Positions 1-11,867 are shown, counted from the stretch's first letter. The stretch: 59,751 bases of DNA from Octopus sinensis (GCF_006345805.1 NW_021834872.1:1-59751); one strand, 5' to 3'. The notes: generated by a model not told the origin, from the sequence alone. Translations and numbers: made by a program.

Positions 1-522
1 GATACATTCCCACCAAAACAGCTACTTTTGTGCGTAAATAGGAAACCCTTGCTCTTGCCTGAGGAACCCGTGTAAATTCATATTTTTATTTTGCCGCTCT
101 AGTTTAAGATCTTCATTTCGTTGATTCATTGTCTTAAACCCTTCGATTATGCCAACAATTTCCTTCCATTGCTAATACAAGAACTTCCTCCATTACCCTA
201 AAAATTTCGATTTGCTTCTATAGATACAACTGTTTAAACCTCAACTTACAAACTTGTTGACTGTCTTAAAAATTTCGATTATGTCTCCTATATCTTTTCA
301 TAACACAATATTGTTTCATTATTTTGAAAATTTCAATTTCTTTCTTCGATTTCACTCCATAATTATTCTAGCCTACAGCGTAGCACACGTAGTTTGTTAA
401 TGAATGGGTAAACCTTTGGATTGTTCAACATAGAAATATCTGAAACATAACACTCTCGTACATATATAACAAGCGGAATGATACATACATTTCCTACAGT
501 ATTATCCCTACGTCAGAATCGT

Positions 523-1215
523 TATCGCGTCGTGCGAAAGTGCTGAACTGCATTCCATCTGGCTCTATATACTCCGAGTTCAAATTCTCCCGAGGAAGAA
601 TTTGCTCCTTTCTTTTCAGTATTCATAAAATAAGTTCCAGTTGAGTTTGTTCCTTCTCCAGCCACGCCTAGCTTGTAAGGGCTGGTTTTCCGGTTTCCTT
701 GGCGTATAGGTTCCCCACCTGGGCGGGACGCCAGTCCGCCGCAGGTGAGCTGCAAGATGCAGGAGGAAAGAGTGAAGGAATGTTGTGGCGAAAGAGTCAG
801 CAGAAATTCGCCATTACCTTCTGCCGGAGGTGAGTGGAGCTTAGATGGTTCGCTCATAAACACACCCATCGCCCGGTCTGAGATTCGAACCCGCTATCCC
901 TCGACCGCGAGTCCGCTGCTCTAACCACTAGGCCATGTGCCTGGACCCAGTTGAGTAGTGGGGACGTTCTAATCGACTTGCCGCCAACTTCGAAATTACT
1001 GGACTTGTACTATTTTGAATCAGGCTGCGAGATGTCAGAATTGTTAGCGCGTTGAGAAGAAGACCGAGTAACATTTCATCCTACTTTTTACGTTATGAGT
1101 TCAAATTGCACCGAGTTTGACTTTGCCTTCCATACTTTTCGGGATCGATAAAAATAAGTTGTAGTTAAATACCTGGATCGACGTAATCCATTAGCTCCTT
1201 CCCACAAATTGTATA
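523..1215 (+). mobile_element. Two diverged copies of SINE family C; the first is interrupted by a family-B SINE
   Basis: Matches to the shared motif GAGTTCAAATT..GCCGAGGTCGACTTTGCCTTTCATCC...AAATAAGTACCAGTTGAG seen at 12943, 16552 and elsewhere. Confidence 0.65.
647..946 (-). mobile_element. tRNA-derived SINE family B (head 1 + tail 1) with 10-bp TSD
   Basis: Reverse complement has A box TGGCCTAGTGG and B box GGTTCGAATC. Flanked by CCAGTTGAGT at 637-646 and 947-956. Confidence 0.85.
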
Positions 1216-1290
1216 GTAGAAAGAATTACTATTGTTAATAGAATTACTATTGTTAATACATAGAGCCAAAACATATTCTGACAAAATATA

Positions 1291-1666
1291 TTCTTCTACT
1301 GGTTTCACTCATTTGACTGCGGCCATGATGGAGTACCGCTTTGAGTCGACCCCAGGACTTATTCTCTGTAAGCCTAGTACTTCTTCTATCGGTCTATTTT
1401 GCCGAACCGCTAGGTTACGGCGACGTAAACATACCAATATCGGTTGTCAAGCAATGCTGGGGCGGGGGCAAACAGACACACAAACATATACATGTATATA
1501 TACAACAAGCTGCTTTCAGTTTTTTCTCCCAAATCCACCCACAAGGCTTTGGTCGGCCCGAGGTTATACAGGAAGACATTTGCCCAAGGTGTCATGCAGC
1601 GGGACTGAAACCGGAACCATGTGGTTGGAAAGCAAGTTTCTTACCACACAGCCACACCTGCGCCTA
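1291..1666 (-). mobile_element. SINE family A copy
   Basis: Reverse complement matches the 9631 and 37055 copies (GGTTCCGG.TTCAGTCCC.CTGC...GGGCAA.TGTCTTC...GCGGTTCGGCAAA...CATGGCCGCAGTCAAATGA). Confidence 0.85.
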
Positions 1667-2200
1667 TATATTAATGTTATCAATACTTCTTCACTGAAAA
1701 ACTATAATTTGGGGTCGATTGATTCATACAGTTGGTCAACATATTTATAAACTAAAAGCCATTATAATCCTTCCGTTACTATATCGTTGTCTCTGGTAAA
1801 CCTTCAGCAAATTTGATACACATATTTTGTCTCCTCTCTTTTTTTTCATTTTCTTCGTTTCTTTCTTTTTTTTTTGACAGACAGTGGTGCGAAGACATTA
1901 CTATGGAGATGTTGAGATGTGTCAAATAACTTGAGAAGAAAAGAAAAAACTATAAAAAAATGACCCAAAAAATTGAACCTACAAAATTCGTGTTCGAGAA
2001 GTTAAAGCCGTGAAAAGGACGAATATTTAAAGATTTGAGTCAGTTTATCAGAGTTGCGTGAGATATATAATATTGGGTGGCTTTGAATGTGACTTCTGAA
2101 GACCGATTTCACTTTTATTTTTGCAGTCAATAAGTATGGCAGACAAAAAACAATGGGAAAAATTGAGTACTAATTAGTTCATATATACAGATACGACTAT

Positions 2201-2347
<147 letters not shown>

Positions 2348-2408
2348 GAATTATATGCATACTATACATATGTATATATATATTTATATTCTATTTATAT
2401 TTATGTAG

Positions 2409-2439
<31 letters not shown>

Positions 2440-3194
2440 TATATATTTATTGTAGTATTATGTATGTGTGTATATATAGATGTTCATATACACACGCACA
2501 TATATATATATCACACAAATATTGTATATATATATATATATCCACCTATCTATATTAAGCTATACTGCTTATACATATAACATACACATAAATACATACA
2601 TACATACACACAAACGCACATATATGTGTACATATATACACAACACACACGCATACATATACATATATACATATATCATTGTTAGCAAGCAACGAAACGA
2701 TTTTTTTTTTCATGTCAAGAACGGTAGCGTGTTAAAACGTCAGCCATACCTATATATAAGAGATTAAAGCGTGCTTAAATATTTGTGTGAATTCTAATTA
2801 AAATAAAAAAAAATTCCATCGTGAATCGAATGTTTCTTTTGATATCCAGTTGATAAAAACGAAAAAATAACCCGAAAAGAAACAGAAATATATACGAGTT
2901 CAACAGGATTTTCCTCAACTTTTCGTGTGACTTATAATCATTTTTGCAAAACATTCTTTCATCTAGAGGGAGATTTGATTTAATTTTCTTATATACACTG
3001 TTTCGTTTTCCCTCGGTTTATCGTTTGACCCGTCACTGGTTAACTGACAATAAATGTGTTTTAGGCCACTCCTGTCTATTTTGCCTTTTTTGTTTGTTTT
3101 AAACTGTAAGATAGGTATCGAATTTTGTTGGAAATGTCTATACTTGTCATCTGTTGTGTTGGAGGGGTTTTGTTGAAGACAGGGGAAGCTAGAA

Positions 3195-3390
3195 AGGGGA
3201 CGGCCAGGAGCAGGAGCAGGAGCAGGAGGAGGAAGAAGAAGAAGAAGAAGGAGAAGAAGAAGAAGAAGAAGAAGAAAAAGGAGAAGAAGAAGAAGAAGAA
3301 GAAGAAGAAGAAGAAGAAAAGAAGAAGAAGAAGAAGAAGAAGAAGAAGAAGAAGAAGAAGAAGAAGAAGAAGAAGAAGAAGAAGAAGACT
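3195..3390 (+). repeat. (GCAGGA)n/(GAA)n purine microsatellite
   Basis: Direct inspection; explains the poly-K/R and poly-F/S ORFs. Confidence 0.95.
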
Positions 3391-3929
3391 ACTCCTAATG
3401 AGATGGAGAAGTGCAAGAAGCCAGAAATGGAATAAGGTGGAGGAGGATTTGAAGAAAATTTAAAACTACAATAGGAAATAGAAAAGGGAAGAGAAGGATA
3501 AAAAAAAAACGAATACGAAGTAGAAGGAAAATAGTTAGTGTAGGAAGATTGAGAATGTTGATAAGAAATGGAAGGACAAAGAGAAGAGGGGAATGAGGAG
3601 AATGAAGAAGAAGGCAACAAAAAAGGGGGGAGAAACAAATGTATGATTAAGTTATACTGTGGTGTAATCGTACTTCTAGAATTCTTAGTAAAATAAACGC
3701 TAACAAACTTTTTGTAATGAGTAAGGAAGCTTTCATAATCCGAGTCTTCACCAACATTGGGGGGGATAAACACTAAATCTAATGCTTAAATCTAGTTATG
3801 TTAAGCATGAGTGACAAATCTAAATCTTAAATCGTGAAGATGAATGGCAACGAAGTTATTTCAGTTTTGTAAAATAGCAAGCAAATATGAAATGAGAAGA
3901 AAATATATTGTTTTGTTTTTTAACGTTGC

Positions 3930-4300
3930 TAAATACAGGGACAGCTGGAAGCATGTTTCGAACTGATTAGACATCATTAGCTTGAAATGGATGCATAATC
4001 ACGTGATCACGTGATCGTCCTGACCATCAGATGTTACTACACATCGCTGGTTACAATGTGTTCACATTGTTTTAGCCTTCGAACGACGCCACCCCGCTGG
4101 CTAAGCGAGCAGGCCAACAGAAGAAAGTGGGAGAAAGAGTGGTGAAAGAGTACAGCAGGGATCACCACCCCCTGCCGGAGACTCGTGGAGCTTTTCAGGT
4201 GTTTTCGCTCAATAAACACACACAACGCCCGGTCTGGGAATCGAAACCGCGATCCTCCGACCGCGAGTCCGCTGCCCTAACCACTGGGCCATTGCGCCTC
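3930..4300 (-). mobile_element. tRNA-derived SINE family B (head 1 + tail 2)
   Basis: Head GGAGGCGCAATGGCCCAGTGGTTAGGGCAGCGGACTCGCGGTCGGAGGATCGCGGTTTCGATTCCC is nearly identical to 33001. The 3' part (tandem CACGTG) differs; its left boundary is approximate. Confidence 0.8.
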
Positions 4301-5881
4301 CACGGATGCATAATTTATAATACTAATGCAGGAAAGTCGGTATACAAGCAACTGAGGCTGGCGTATGCAATGTAGCTTAGATGCCCTTCAACAGTAGAAA
4401 TGTTTAAGAATGTTTCCTTCAAAACCATTATGCAACACGTCTTGGGTAGCATTCTGTTGTTTTATTTCTTCAATCACTTTTTTTCTTTTTTCTTTTTCCT
4501 TATTACTGGTAATTCATTGATTCATTAGAGCGTAGAACAAAAGGCTTTTCAGCATTTCTTCTGGATCTTTATATTCTGTGTCCAAATTCTCCAGAGGTCA
4601 ACCTTACCTTTTACCCTTTTAGGATATATAAAATAAACTATACTTGAGCAATGGCGTTGATATAGTCGAATACTTCCTTCCTCCCAAATTTGTGTTCATT
4701 ATTTATTTCGGCTCTCACTGATATGACTTCAATTTTTTTTTTAAAGTTTCAGCTCAGAGCTGCGGCCATGCTGATGCACCGCCGATTTGCGCTACACTGT
4801 TATTACTAGGAGCCTCCTCTAATATGTGGCACTTGATGAAGAATGGAGTTTGATATAGCTACCCTCATTTGCACTTCTCGCCGTGAGGTAGGCTCAGCAT
4901 GTAAATTTCAATTACATCCTTTTGCGATTGAGGAAAAAAAAATTTTAATTAAAAAAATTAAAAGCTGAAAGATGAAATGCATTCGTTATTTATTTCGCAT
5001 CTTTGTGTCCTGTGTTTTTGTGTCGCAGAATCTTCTGTTGAATAGTTTAAAACCAACACCAGATTTATGCATGCATTTAGCAAAGAGCTCGAGTCTATTT
5101 TCCGGATAAATTTTTCCTACCCCCATCAATGACGGGTGAGTAAAACAATAAATGATAATGACCGATGACGGTTAATTTATATTTTCACATTTAGAAGACT
5201 TTTCAGCATTGAAACATTCCATGACAGAAATTGGGCATTACATATAGTTTCAAGTTATAAGTTAAGTAGCAATCTCTTTCGGTAGGATAACTGACGTTAT
5301 TGACACAGCACTTACGTATGCAATCATATAGTCAAGGCATTAAATACCACTGCAGGAGTCAAAATTACGATGATATTTGTTTGACAGCTGATGAGGGTTT
5401 GACAATGTCTTAATCCGTTGTGTGTGTTTCTTTCGTGCTTTTCCGTATGTTCCATTTATCGCTCGCTGGGGCACATTTCTCTTGAACATATACAGAGTAA
5501 CAGCACGTCTCTTAATGCAAGTTTGATTAAGTGTCAATCTATAGTATTAAACCGCAAGTATTGCGTAAGGTTCCACATGGAACTTTTGCATGCAATGCTA
5601 TTGTAAACAGAGTGATACCGAAACAATTGTAACTGGTCATTAAAGATGTGCTAAACTCTCACGCTGCCCTTTTATTTGGTTTATATTTTACTCTTCGTAC
5701 GTAGGATTTACCGACGATGTACATGGTTGTTCCACAACAGCAGGTTTTCAAACACTTGAGACTCGCTCAAATTCAAATTTGAGGTCAGCCAAGAGATCGG
5801 GTTGAGTACTCCATTGAAAATACTCCAAATTCTTGCCCTATCAAGGCCATGCTATATGTATATATATAATATATTTATTTG

Positions 5882-5912
<31 letters not shown>

Positions 5913-6407
5913 CTATATAATATATATATAGATATATATATATATACATATATATATACATATGTATATATACACATACATACACATATACATATATGAG
6001 TGTGTGTGTGTGTATGTGGTGTGTTGTGTTTGTATATGTGTGTGTTGTGGATGCGTAGTAATGCATGTATATATATTGTATATGCATATATATATATATA
6101 TGCATATATAATATATATATATATATATATATAGTATAATATAATATATGTATTTGTATATGGGGCGTAAAGATTATATATCTATATATATATATACATA
6201 TGTATATATACATACATAACATATCCATATATGAGTGTGTGTGTGTATGTGTTTGTATATGTTTGTGTGTGTGGATGCGTAGTAAGCATGATAGATATAT
6301 AATATATATGGATATATATATATATATAATATATATATATAAAATAAAACATTACATTTGGGGAATTGAAGAAATGGAGCTGAACGCAGATTGAACAGAA
6401 ATCGTTT

Positions 6408-6500
6408 TATTTCATTCTACACGTGTTTCGAAAGGCACAAATTACCAAAATCCGATTGAATAATGGGACCATATTGTGTCTTTCTCTTCAGGAAAAAAAA
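6408..6500 (-). ncRNA. Type I hammerhead ribozyme in the PLE 3' end
   Basis: Minus strand: UUUUUUC-CUGAAGA(6491-6485)-GAAAGACACAA...UUGUGCCUUUC-GAAAC-ACGU-GUA/GAAUGAAA. Helix II is 10/11 paired with a G10.1-C11.1 closing pair. Helix III is the palindrome ACACGUGU. Cleavage triplet GUA, with the cut between 6418 and 6417. Helix I is short and imperfect. Matches the minimal hammerheads known from PLEs. Confidence 0.8.
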
Positions 6501-7089
6501 GGAAATCCGTTGGAAAACAAAAACAGAACAGAGGCGGAGCAAAAAAACAAATCGAACTATGCTCCTAAGAGCCCATGGCGAAACTGTTTATCAGTGTATG
6601 TTGAGAACCGGTGGCTGAAGAATTCAACGGGTCAGGCATCGGTCAATCATGTGGGTGAGGGTGTATAGATGTTCTTTGTGACCGAGAATAAAGTTCTGAC
6701 TATTTAAGGAATATTGGATGTTTTATAAGGGGCGAGAAAAATCTACTTAGAGACGTGTGTGTGTGTATACTGTTCTATATATGTGGTGTGTGGCGTAGGG
6801 GTAGAAAACATTTTTGTGTACGTGTGTGCGTTTGATCGTTCGGCTGTCAGTGGCTACTGCCGTGATAACCGTTGGGTGGCAGAAAGAAAAAAAATATATA
6901 TATATTATTTTTTTATGTGTGTGTGTGTTCATCTAAGCCTGCCTTGTCAAGGAAACCCCCCGCTGTGAAAAACAAGCCCCGTTTGTCTTACAGGAGTAAT
7001 TCCCCTTGCAGTGGTTAATCGTAGATATCTTAAAGGCTATTTCAGAATTTGTTACCAAGGGCTATGGGTGCCGGTATTATTTATAAACG

Positions 7090-8850
7090 CTATTTAAAAG
7101 CCAGATAAGTGTAACGCCGCCAATGGGGGCATCGAAAAGCCGACTGTAAGAGCCCGTTTACCATCCGGCCTCTGGCAAACAAAATATGGAAGAGTTCGGA
7201 GACACAAAGGTTGCACTGTCTTCTGCCCCTATCAAATGGGAGGGCCACCGACAAAATTGACCATTCCAGCCTATAGCTTAAGTTCGTATCCTTCAGTCGC
7301 CATATTAGCTTACTGAGTCCCGTGGTCTGGCGCTTGTTCACGTCCCGAAAAGTTGCGTAATGGTTGGAGACACGCAAAGACAATCTTGAGGATGATGCCC
7401 CTACATAAGTGAAGACATCTGAGTCCGTGTAAACCTTGCATTGGTAGACGGCGTTTTTGATCGTGGAGTTCGCCGACGTGAATCTTAATCTGCTAGGATG
7501 GTTTCTGAAATTAGAACTGCGTTCCTGTCACTATATTCGTTCCGAGACCTGCAGCCGCTTACTACTCTATTTTCCACTACGTCACTATTAACTATAGGAA
7601 TAACCCCTGATTCTCCACTATCTATCAGAGTGCTGTCATTGCTACTGCCCGTGGTGCTGCTATTGCGGGAAATGATGCTGGGGATGCTATTGGGGCTCTC
7701 TACCCTACTCCCATTGTTACCGTCAACCACAACACCCCTATTTATAACTATACCCCTAGTGGGTACTCCCTGGCTGGAGCTGAGATTATGTGTCACTGTA
7801 CTGGCTCTCATATCATTATTACTACTATAATTATTCCTACTGAGCATTAAACCGGGAGCGGAAGAGGCTGTGCCTCCGGAAAAAGGTGATAGGGTCTTAG
7901 TAAGTAGCCTATTATTATGGGAGGCGATTATCTGGGCGAGGTTTTTAGTGTTGGAGAAAGCTATCCTAACTTTATGTGAGTTAACCGTGGAGTAATATTT
8001 GGAATTTCTGGGAAGTTATTGGCGATGGCTTGTCTAAACATGAGGGGGAGGTTAGTTCTAATCTGCTTACCAAAGGGATTACAAACCATATATGCTTATT
8101 CCTATCAGTGTGATGGGTCGGGACGCCAGCTCTCGCATTCGGGTGGGTGATTCTCGGATGAATAACGGGTCTTGGGTTAGTGTAAGACCTCCCGACCGAT
8201 AATTATCCTTGTTCGCTAAATTAAATGCGGGAGCGACTACCCCGGCATCCGCCGCGCTCCCGTCCTTACTTAAAATGTTAATGTTATTATATACGGCCCT
8301 ATCCTGATGACCGAATGATGGCATCGGAAGGGCCGGATCAATATAAATTACCTTCTGCCTATAACCGGCCTTGGATAGTGCGGCGTTATAAAATTCCGCT
8401 TTCTGCATAAAAATATCGGCACTGGCGGACAAGCCAGACAATCTTAGAGAGATGTTTTAACCAAATTGTCTGTTACGGTTTTGGCATGATTTGAGAAGAC
8501 ACTGACATACTTCAAATTAGTGGAAGGCTTATGGTAAGGGCAGTATGAGTCGCTATTAAGGTTAAGTGTAACGTCTAGGAAATTAGCCTTGGTGAGTTCA
8601 TTATCAAAAACTATACTCATGCCCATTCTATTAAAAAACCTAGCTAACCTGCTCTTAGTTTTCTGCACTATTCTGTTCGTGGTGTTTTGCAGGTAAAACA
8701 GACAATCGTCACGATACAGGCCGCCCGCGATCTCCGGGAATTGGTCGGACAATTCGTAGAGAACATATATTCCGACCAAATCGGCTATCTGCGCACTATC
8801 CGAACTACCCATAGGCACATCAAATTCATTGGGAGTTTCATTTGTGCCTT
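7090..8850 (-). pseudogene. PLE polyprotein ORF (RT-GIY-YIG), frameshifted in this assembly
   Basis: The homologous reading frame passes through ORF-track pieces 8444-8818, 8079-8441, 7485-7847 and 7090-7383 plus two unlisted short segments (8100-8075, 8074-~8010). It is joined by five -1 frame changes and has no stop inside the homologous segments. Confidence 0.8.
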
Positions 8851-9103
8851 TCGAAACACGTGTAGAATGAAATAAAACGATTTCTGTTCAATCTGCGTTC
8901 AGCTCCTTTCTTCAATTCACCAATATGTGTTTAATTTCAATTATCCGCACCAACGCACGTTGCAAGCAACCCAGTTGGTTGTAACCTCAACCGTGCTGTT
9001 TACTGCTGTGATTTTTGCTACTAAGGTATCGGTTAAACTTTTTTTAATCTACTACAAGATTATTCATCTTTCTATTTCACATAATATATATATATATATA
9101 TGC

Positions 9104-9191
<88 letters not shown>

Positions 9192-9630
9192 TGATATATA
9201 ATATATATATATATATATATGCATATATATATTGCTCCTGTTTCTCAATGAAAATCGTAGAACACTTTCTGCACTGAGAGATTTTAGACATGACCAGTGA
9301 AATAATCGCTGGAGATTATACTAATTTCAAACCCCAATAATTTTTTACTCCATGAACTGCAACGCAATTTTTTTCTTTTATGTATATACGTAATCAGGTT
9401 CTCCGTCTACAGTGTAGCATACGAGACAAGGCTCAAGCAATCAGGAGAGATTGAATTACAGCCAAGTGCGAAATATGATATGTGAACTGTACGAATCCGT
9501 ATAGAAGCCTTTAAGTCCGTGTTGAAAATTAATTTGCAATAGATGATGTGTTATATATGTATATGCCTGTGAGTGCATATAACTTATTCAGGCACATACA
9601 TACAGGCGCACATACATGCACTTATATACA

Positions 9631-10075
9631 TAGGAGTGGCTGTGTGGTAAGTAGCTTGCTAACCAACCACATGGTTCCGGGTTCAGTCCCACTGCGTGGC
9701 ATCTTGGGCAAGTGTCTTCTGCTATAGCCCCGGGCCGACCAACGCCTTGTGAGTGGATTTGGTAGACGGAAACTGAAAGAAGCCTGTCGTATATATGTAT
9801 ATATTATATATATATACTAATATATATATATATTATATATAATGTGGTGTGTGTGGTGTTTGTGTGTCTGTGTTTGTCCCCTAGCATTGCTTGACAACCC
9901 GATGCTGGTGTGTTTACGTCCCCGTCACTTAGCGGTTCGGCAAAAGAGACCGATAGAATAAGCACTGGGCTTACAAAAAAATAAGTCCCGGGATTAATTT
10001 GCTCGACAAAAGGCGGTGCTCCAGCATGGCCGCAGTCAAAAATCACTGAAACCGTAAAAGAGAAAGAGTAAAAGA
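9631..10075 (+). mobile_element. SINE family A, full length, young
   Basis: tRNA-like head (TGGCTGTGTGG...GGTTCAGTCCC), internal (AT)/(GT) tract, conserved 3' half ending CAGCATGGCCGCAGTCAAA...AAAAGAG. Confidence 0.9.
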
Positions 10076-10129
10076 GTATACAAACATACACACGCAAATA
10101 CGTACATATACGTTTCAGCATATATATTT

Positions 10130-10179
<50 letters not shown>

Positions 10180-10186
10180 CATATGC

Positions 10187-10441
10187 AGGCGTTTGGCTTA
10201 GTGGTTAGGATGTCAGCATCATGATCGTAAGAATGTGGTTTCGATTCCTGACCGCGCGACGCGTTGTGTTCTTGAGCAAAACACTTCATTTTACGTTGCT
10301 CCAGTCATCCACTCAGCTGGCAAAAATGAGTAACGCTGCGATGGACTGGTGTCCCGTCCAGTTGGAGAACACATACGCCATGGAAACCAGGAAACAGGAC
10401 CCATGAGACTGGCTAGGCTTTAAAAGGGCAGATTTATTTTA
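10187..10441 (+). mobile_element. tRNA-derived SINE (head 2 + tail 1)
   Basis: A box TGGCTTAGTGG, B box GTTTCGATTCC, core TGTGTTCTTGAGCAA.ACACTT..TTT.ACGTTGCTCCAGT (shared with 15236), tail GAGTAACGCTGCGATGGACTGG.GTCCCGTCCAG (shared with 33001). Confidence 0.8.
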
Positions 10442-10457
10442 CTTTTTATATGTACAC

Positions 10458-10704
10458 ATAGGCGCAGGAGCAGACGTGTGATAAGTTTGCATCGCCAAGC
10501 TCATGGTTCCAGGTTCAGTCACACTACGTGGCACTTGGGCAAGTGTCTTCTACTATATTCTCCGGGTTGATAAAGACATTGCGAGTGGATTTGGTAGTGG
10601 GAAAATGAAAGAAGCCTGTCGTGTATATATCTATATATTTATGTGTGTGTGCTTGTGTTTGGTAAGCAATGTGGTTGGTAAGCAAGCTACTTACCACACA
10701 GCCA
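10458..10704 (+). mobile_element. 5' half of a family A SINE followed by an inverted 36-bp head fragment (10669-10704)
   Basis: Matches the family A head and core. ATGTGGTTGGTAAGCAAGCTACTTACCACACAGCCA is the reverse complement of the family A head. Confidence 0.7.
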
Positions 10705-11164
10705 GTATGTATGTGCGTGCGTATATACTTACACATGTAAGTATATTATACAAGAGTATATGCCATGCGGTGCCTTACTTTGCGCTCCCAACTTAATGAT
10801 CAGGTTGTAGGACGACGTCAACGCCTTTGGCATCTCTTGGAAAGTACAGTAGATCTGTTAGCGACCATTCTCCTCCATTTATCTTTTACTTGTTGAAATT
10901 TTCGGATTGTGGTCGTACTGGGGGCAACGCCTTAAAGTGTTTAGTCGGACGACTCGACCATGTTACGTGTGTATATATGCAATCTGGTATTTATTCCATT
11001 GTGCACTTTTTAGCTGCACTTTTAATTTACAGGGACATAAATTATGCAACTCTGATAATCTAGCTGTGCGAGGTATAAACGCAAACTCAAACACATACAT
11101 GCGTGCACGTAGGAACACAATTTCTTTCACAAAACATTAGTCAGTCCAGGCCTACATAAGACAC

Positions 11165-11575
11165 TTGTCCAAGGTGTTGTGCAAACTTGAAATCTTCAAA
11201 GCCACAGTCGAACCAATTCTACTATATGGCTCAGAAACCTGGACGTTATCAAAGAAGCTTGAGAGGCGGTTGGATGGAACCTACACTCGCCTCCTTATAA
11301 GAGCTCAAAATCTCTCGTGGAAGTACCATCCAACCAAAATGCAAATATATGGGAAACTACCACCTGTGTCATCTCTTGTGAAAGGTAAGAGTGTCCAGTT
11401 TGCTGGAAGCCATCTACTCCCAATACCAGAGGGCGCACACTCTCCTACCCTGATGTAATCTCCAGGGATACAGGCATCAAGCAACAGGACCTCCGTAATG
11501 CCATGATGGACCGTGAAGTCTGGCGTAGCATGGTAAATTCCATTGTCTCAACCACGGTCGAACAATGATTAATGA
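11165..11575 (+). mobile_element. RTE-like LINE 3' fragment (RT C-terminus), internally deleted
   Basis: FKATVEPILLYGSETWTLSKKLERRLDGTYTRLL...VQFAG, then after a frame change RGRTLSYPDVISRDTGIKQQDLRNAMMDREVWRSMV...*, followed by a short (ATG)n tail. Confidence 0.85.
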
Positions 11576-11867
11576 TGATGTTGTGCAAAATCAGCGATAG
11601 ATAAAGAAAATAAAGTGTAAATAGAAAGAGAATTTGATTGAAGCATATGACAAGTACATTATGAAGTACGAAGAGCAAAGTTGACATACATCGGATTTGA
11701 GCTTAAAGTACACAAAGTCGCAACAATTACCGTATAACTATACCATGTGAGCTTATCCAGTTCTTTTGCTGACATATTAGGGTCACGTAATCTGCTCATG
11801 TCAATCAATAAAAATACTTCATTGTGTTGGTTGTTCACAACAATATCCGGTATATCAACTTTGATAC

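Larger units (their letters stand above)
6342..8938 (-). mobile_element. Penelope-like retroelement (PLE), 5'-truncated: RT core/thumb + linker + GIY-YIG endonuclease + ~730-bp 3' UTR, bounded by inverted repeats
   Basis: Minus-strand peptides FDVPMGSSDSAQIADLVG...GLYRDD...NFLDVTLNL...YHKP...SNH (PLE RT), FYNAALSKAGY, KHIWF..PFGKQIRTN, IASHN, and NAVYQCKV...TYVG...RVSNHYATFR...LSKLIWRLK...CNLC...CPH (GIY-YIG), stop TAG at 7092-7090. About 80-100 bp inverted repeats at 6342/6362-6442 and 8841-8920/8938. Confidence 0.9.

Noticed and set aside
5380-5640. CTGATGA (5388) and CGAAAC...GTC (5618) as a hammerhead
   Set aside because: The halves are about 220 nt apart, helix I does not pair, and the local hairpin is followed by GTTG rather than GAAA.
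7528-7533. TGA upstream of the GIY-YIG frame as a selenocysteine codon (as reported for some PLEs)
   Set aside because: It is directly preceded by TAG in the same frame and lies where the true frame has already shifted; not at a conserved Cys position.
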